Made by a program: the position numbers and the translations under genes | The notes under the pieces: generated by a model | What the model was told of the DNA's origin: nothing | Databases searched by the model: none | The model's input: the letters and a program-made list of their open reading frames with translations, nothing else | Shown here: positions 59,826 through 63,069 of the stretch, piece by piece | How positions within the stretch are numbered: position 1 is the first letter of the stretch | Layout of the letters: the number at the start of each line of letters is the position of its first letter | Assembly: GCA_039030515.1 (NCBI GenBank) | Contig: JBCCEA010000024.1 | Coordinates: 1-63,069, forward strand | From: Myxococcota bacterium | GTDB taxonomy: Bacteria; Myxococcota_A; Polyangia; Polyangiales; Houyiibacteriaceae | DNA: 63,069 bases | Direction of reading: 5' to 3'

Positions 59826-60884
59826 ATGGAAGCCACCAACTCTTGGGGTCCCCCCGATATTTCGAGCCCGGGCAACACTCTTGAACGACATGTCGCACTT
59901 CGACAGCGACGACACCCCTATGCCACCGGTGAGCTGACCGGTTTGTTTGGGCAAATCTCACTCGCGGCAAAAATCATCCAGCGCGAGGTAAATCGAGCAG
60001 GACTCGCAGGCAGCCTCGGCCTAACGGGCGCGAAGAACGTGCAGGGTGAGGAAGTACAGAAGCTCGATGAGTTCGCCAATGCCACCCTGGAAAACTGCGT
60101 AGGTTCGGGCGGGCATGTGTGTGTCATGGGAAGTGAAGAGCGTGAAAATCCCATCATTGTTCCGGCGGAAAGTGTCGGAGGAAAATACGTTCTTTTATTC
60201 GATCCTCTTGATGGTTCTGGGAACATCGACATCAACGCGTCGATAGGAACGATTTTCTCGATATATCGACGTAAAACAGAGACTGGACCCGGAAAACTTG
60301 AAGACTTGCTGCAGCCAGGGCGTGACTTAGTGGCGGCGGGTTATGTGATCTACGGGTCCAGCTGCATGCTGGTATACAGCGCTGGGGAAGGGGTTCACGG
60401 GTTCACGCTCGATCCAGCGATCGGTGAGTTTTTTCTATCCCACGGTGATTTGAAGATTCCGGAGCGAGGCCACTTTTACTCGATCAACGAAGGGTACAGC
60501 TCCTTGTGGGACGAGGCGACGAGACGGTGGGTGCGCTGGATTAAGTCGACTGATCCAAGCACGGGCAGACCCTACAGTCTTCGTTATATAGGTGCGATGG
60601 TCGCGGATCTTCATCGCACGCTGCTTCGGGGTGGCATTTTTGCCTATCCTGGAGATTCTAAGCATCCCAACGGGAAACTGCGACTCCTTTACGAGGCTGC
60701 TCCCATGGCCTTTGTAGTTGAAGCCGCCGGTGGCCTCGCATCTAGCGGAGAGAGCCAGATTCGAGATATCGTACCTGACACGCTCCACCAGCGAACTCCG
60801 CTCTTCATTGGAAGTCCGAGGGATGTCGAGGATGCATTGAACATCATTCAAGAATCGCAGGACGCTAGCACTGCGACCGGGTAA
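59826..60884 (+). CDS. fbp: Class 1 fructose-1,6-bisphosphatase
   Basis: NVQGEEVQKLD, FDPLDGSGN, GTIFSI, RYIGAMVAD, KLRLLYEA. Confidence 0.95.
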   Translation: MEATNSWGPPDISSPGNTLERHVALRQRRHPYATGELTGLFGQISLAAKIIQREVNRAGLAGSLGLTGAKNVQGEEVQKLDEFANATLENCVGSGGHVCVMGSEERENPIIVPAESVGGKYVLLFDPLDGSGNIDINASIGTIFSIYRRKTETGPGKLEDLLQPGRDLVAAGYVIYGSSCMLVYSAGEGVHGFTLDPAIGEFFLSHGDLKIPERGHFYSINEGYSSLWDEATRRWVRWIKSTDPSTGRPYSLRYIGAMVADLHRTLLRGGIFAYPGDSKHPNGKLRLLYEAAPMAFVVEAAGGLASSGESQIRDIVPDTLHQRTPLFIGSPRDVEDALNIIQESQDASTATG

Positions 60885-60980
60885 TTCTCTTTGCAAGCAC
60901 AAGCCGTTGAATTTGGATTTTTTTTGCGAAGGGGTCATTACCCATAAAGTTCCGCCCGTCGCAAACCGTATCTGTCTAGA

Positions 60981-62177
60981 ATGGTGGCACAAGCAGCAGC
61001 CAGCGCGGCCGTGTCCGAATCGATTCGAGGCAAGGTACTTCTCGTTGATGACGAGCCCGCTTTGCTGCGGAGCTATCGTCGAACACTCGAACAAGAAGGC
61101 TTCGTGGTGGAGACCGCTGAGGACGGACTAAGTGCAGTGCGTTGTTTCCAGAGCGGTTCGTTTCATGCAGTCGTTTCGGATATCTCCATGCCTGGAATGG
61201 ATGGGATGCAGCTGCTCCGCGAAGTACGACAACACGATCTTGATGTTCCTGTTGTCCTTATTACGGGTGCACCTTCTGTGGAAACAGCGATAGGGGCGCT
61301 CGATTATGGCGCTCTGAGGTATTTCGTAAAACCAGTCGACTCTGCGCAGTTGAGCCGTACGTGCGCCCAAGCGGTGCATCTCTACCGCATGGCGATCATG
61401 AAGCGTCAAGCTCTGGAGATGCTTGGCGGTGGAACGAAGCAGTTGGGAGATCGAGCTGGTCTCGAAGTGAAGTTTGAGTCCGCCCTAAAGAAACTCTTTA
61501 TGGTTTACCAACCCATCGTTCAGTGGTCGACTCGTTCCATAACCGGGTACGAAGCACTCGTTCGTTCCGCAGAACCAACGATCCCTCATCCCGGAGCACT
61601 CTTCGATGCCGCAGAACGTCTGGATCGACTTTCAGACCTTACCCGAGGCATCCGTCGTATCGCCCCAAATCCCTACTTGGAAGAGGGTTCTGAAGATTGC
61701 GGCTTACTATTTTTCAATCTTCACGTCCGCGATCTCAACGACGAGAGTCTCTACGATACGAGTTCGCCACTCGCACAGATGGCAGACCGCGTCGTGCTTG
61801 AAATCACCGAGCGGGCATCACTCAACGAGGTACGAGACCCTCACTCTCGAGTAGCTCAACTTCGCGATATGGGATTTAAGATCGCGGTGGACGATCTTGG
61901 CGCAGGCTATGCCGGCCTCACCAGCTTCGCGACCTTGGAACCAGATGTGGTGAAGCTGGACATGGCCTTGGTACGCGATATTCATCTCTCTCCAACCAAA
62001 CAAAAACTAGTGCGTTCGATGACGCAACTCTGTGCCGAAATGGGTATGGAAGTTGTTGGGGAGGGGATCGAGTGTCCTGAAGAACGCGATACTTTGGTCG
62101 AACTGGGATGCGATCTGCTGCAGGGCTATTACTTCTCAAAACCAGCCCCCTCCTTAATCACACTCGACTCGCTTTGA
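60981..62177 (+). CDS. Response regulator receiver + EAL phosphodiesterase
   Basis: LLVDDE, SDISMPGMDG, KP; YEAL, EITER, DDLGAGY, QGY. Confidence 0.92.
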   Translation: MVAQAAASAAVSESIRGKVLLVDDEPALLRSYRRTLEQEGFVVETAEDGLSAVRCFQSGSFHAVVSDISMPGMDGMQLLREVRQHDLDVPVVLITGAPSVETAIGALDYGALRYFVKPVDSAQLSRTCAQAVHLYRMAIMKRQALEMLGGGTKQLGDRAGLEVKFESALKKLFMVYQPIVQWSTRSITGYEALVRSAEPTIPHPGALFDAAERLDRLSDLTRGIRRIAPNPYLEEGSEDCGLLFFNLHVRDLNDESLYDTSSPLAQMADRVVLEITERASLNEVRDPHSRVAQLRDMGFKIAVDDLGAGYAGLTSFATLEPDVVKLDMALVRDIHLSPTKQKLVRSMTQLCAEMGMEVVGEGIECPEERDTLVELGCDLLQGYYFSKPAPSLITLDSL

Positions 62178-62262
62178 GACGTCAGAGGTTTTTTGAACCT
62201 CTCCGATTCGCCTTAAGGTCCAACCGGGCATTACCTAACGCCCCGTAAATCTGACCCGCTTA

Positions 62263-62947
62263 ACCTGACCAGGTACGGCACATCGTTGTATACCCCAACA
62301 CCGCACCAGGTGTTGAAAAAGCGAAAAGCGGCTTGGAGCCAATCCTATTTCATTGAAGTCCTAGCTAATGGCTTTCCCCAGATTTAGATGCGCTCGCCCT
62401 GCGTCTGTTTACGAAATAGAAGCACAAGTTTGTGTGTCGTCAAAAAAGGACGCAAGAAGCTGGTTGTCATTGGTCTTGTGGCACTTTTTCGACGCTTTTT
62501 TCGCATCGCTGGGTTTCATGGAAAAGAACTTAGCCTCACAGCGAAGTCTGCATAAAGCTTTACCCATCAACTCTCATGTAACCTCTTGCCGTAATGGAAC
62601 CACGGCCCTTGCTTCTAATCGGCCGGCGATATCGCTCGAGTCGTAGGAAGATCCGATAATACTGCTGTATTATGTTTCATGGCTCGTTTGACAAGGTCAC
62701 CGTCAAGCACAGCCCGCGTCAGTTACGCGTCTCACCCTGCACCTGACCAGGTACGGCACATCGCTGTATACGTCCAGCTGCACTGCAGCCTCAAACCGGA
62801 CCAGGTACGGCGCTGCAGCTTCTTCCCGCGCCTGACCAGGTACGATGCTGCAGCCTGCTCACGCCTCTCCCCACGCCTGACCAGGCACGGCACATCGCTG
62901 TACCTATCCAGCTGCACTGCAGCCTCAAACCTGACCAGGTACGGTTT
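62263..62947. repeat. Short repeat family B, second cluster (about 6 copies), including a 69-bp duplicated unit
   Basis: Copies near 62263, 62741, 62795, 62831, 62876, 62929; 62742-62810 is nearly identical to 62876-62944. Confidence 0.88.
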
Positions 62948-63069
62948 CAGGCTGGCGGATTTGGCGGGCTGCTCCGCCATTTGGCGGCGCCCGCCAGCCT
63001 TTGCCTCCCGCAAATCACGATTTGATTCAGTTTTCTCTCCGGCACGATTCCTGCCCTCTCTCTAGGGCA

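Noticed and set aside
62300..62700. Transposase remnant suggested by gtgttgaaaaa and AT-richer sequence
   Set aside because: No matching second end and no recognisable transposase peptide

Overview
Bacterial chromosomal window that looks myxobacterial (Myxococcota). This is inferred from gene content: a TIGR02266/PilZ-like protein, an FHA-sigma54 activator, two Hanks-type kinases, a Cys-rich lipoprotein and an FHA-TadA fusion. Most of it is ordinary housekeeping and signalling DNA: rimO, lgt, aroE, xseA, folK, DinG helicase, MoxR-DUF58-transglutaminase operon, rpe, rlmD, dapF, ruvCAB, yebC, fbp and EAL proteins. Four things stand out. (1) An AT-richer island at about 47.0-55.5 kb holds five intact co-oriented genes and one frameshifted gene for proteins I do not recognise. 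They share a new helical domain (Q-I/L-x-x-A-L...A-x-L-R...L-x-x-D/E-G-L...W), Pro-rich disordered tracts and basic clusters resembling eukaryotic nuclear localisation signals. Four of them carry a conserved promoter/operator cassette that predicts near-leaderless mRNAs. This is the best candidate for an undescribed system, possibly a nucleus-targeted effector array. (2) A roughly 400-nt, heavily base-paired, terminator-ended minus-strand element at about 332-745 looks like a large ncRNA. (3) A modular intergenic repeat of about 140-230 bp occurs at four loci, with terminal inverted repeats and covarying mini-hairpins. (4) A second short repeat (ACCTG-AC-CAGGT-ACGG) forms dense clusters and flanks one island gene. 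A T9 frameshift truncates the large kinase. All family assignments are by motif recognition only; no database searches were run.
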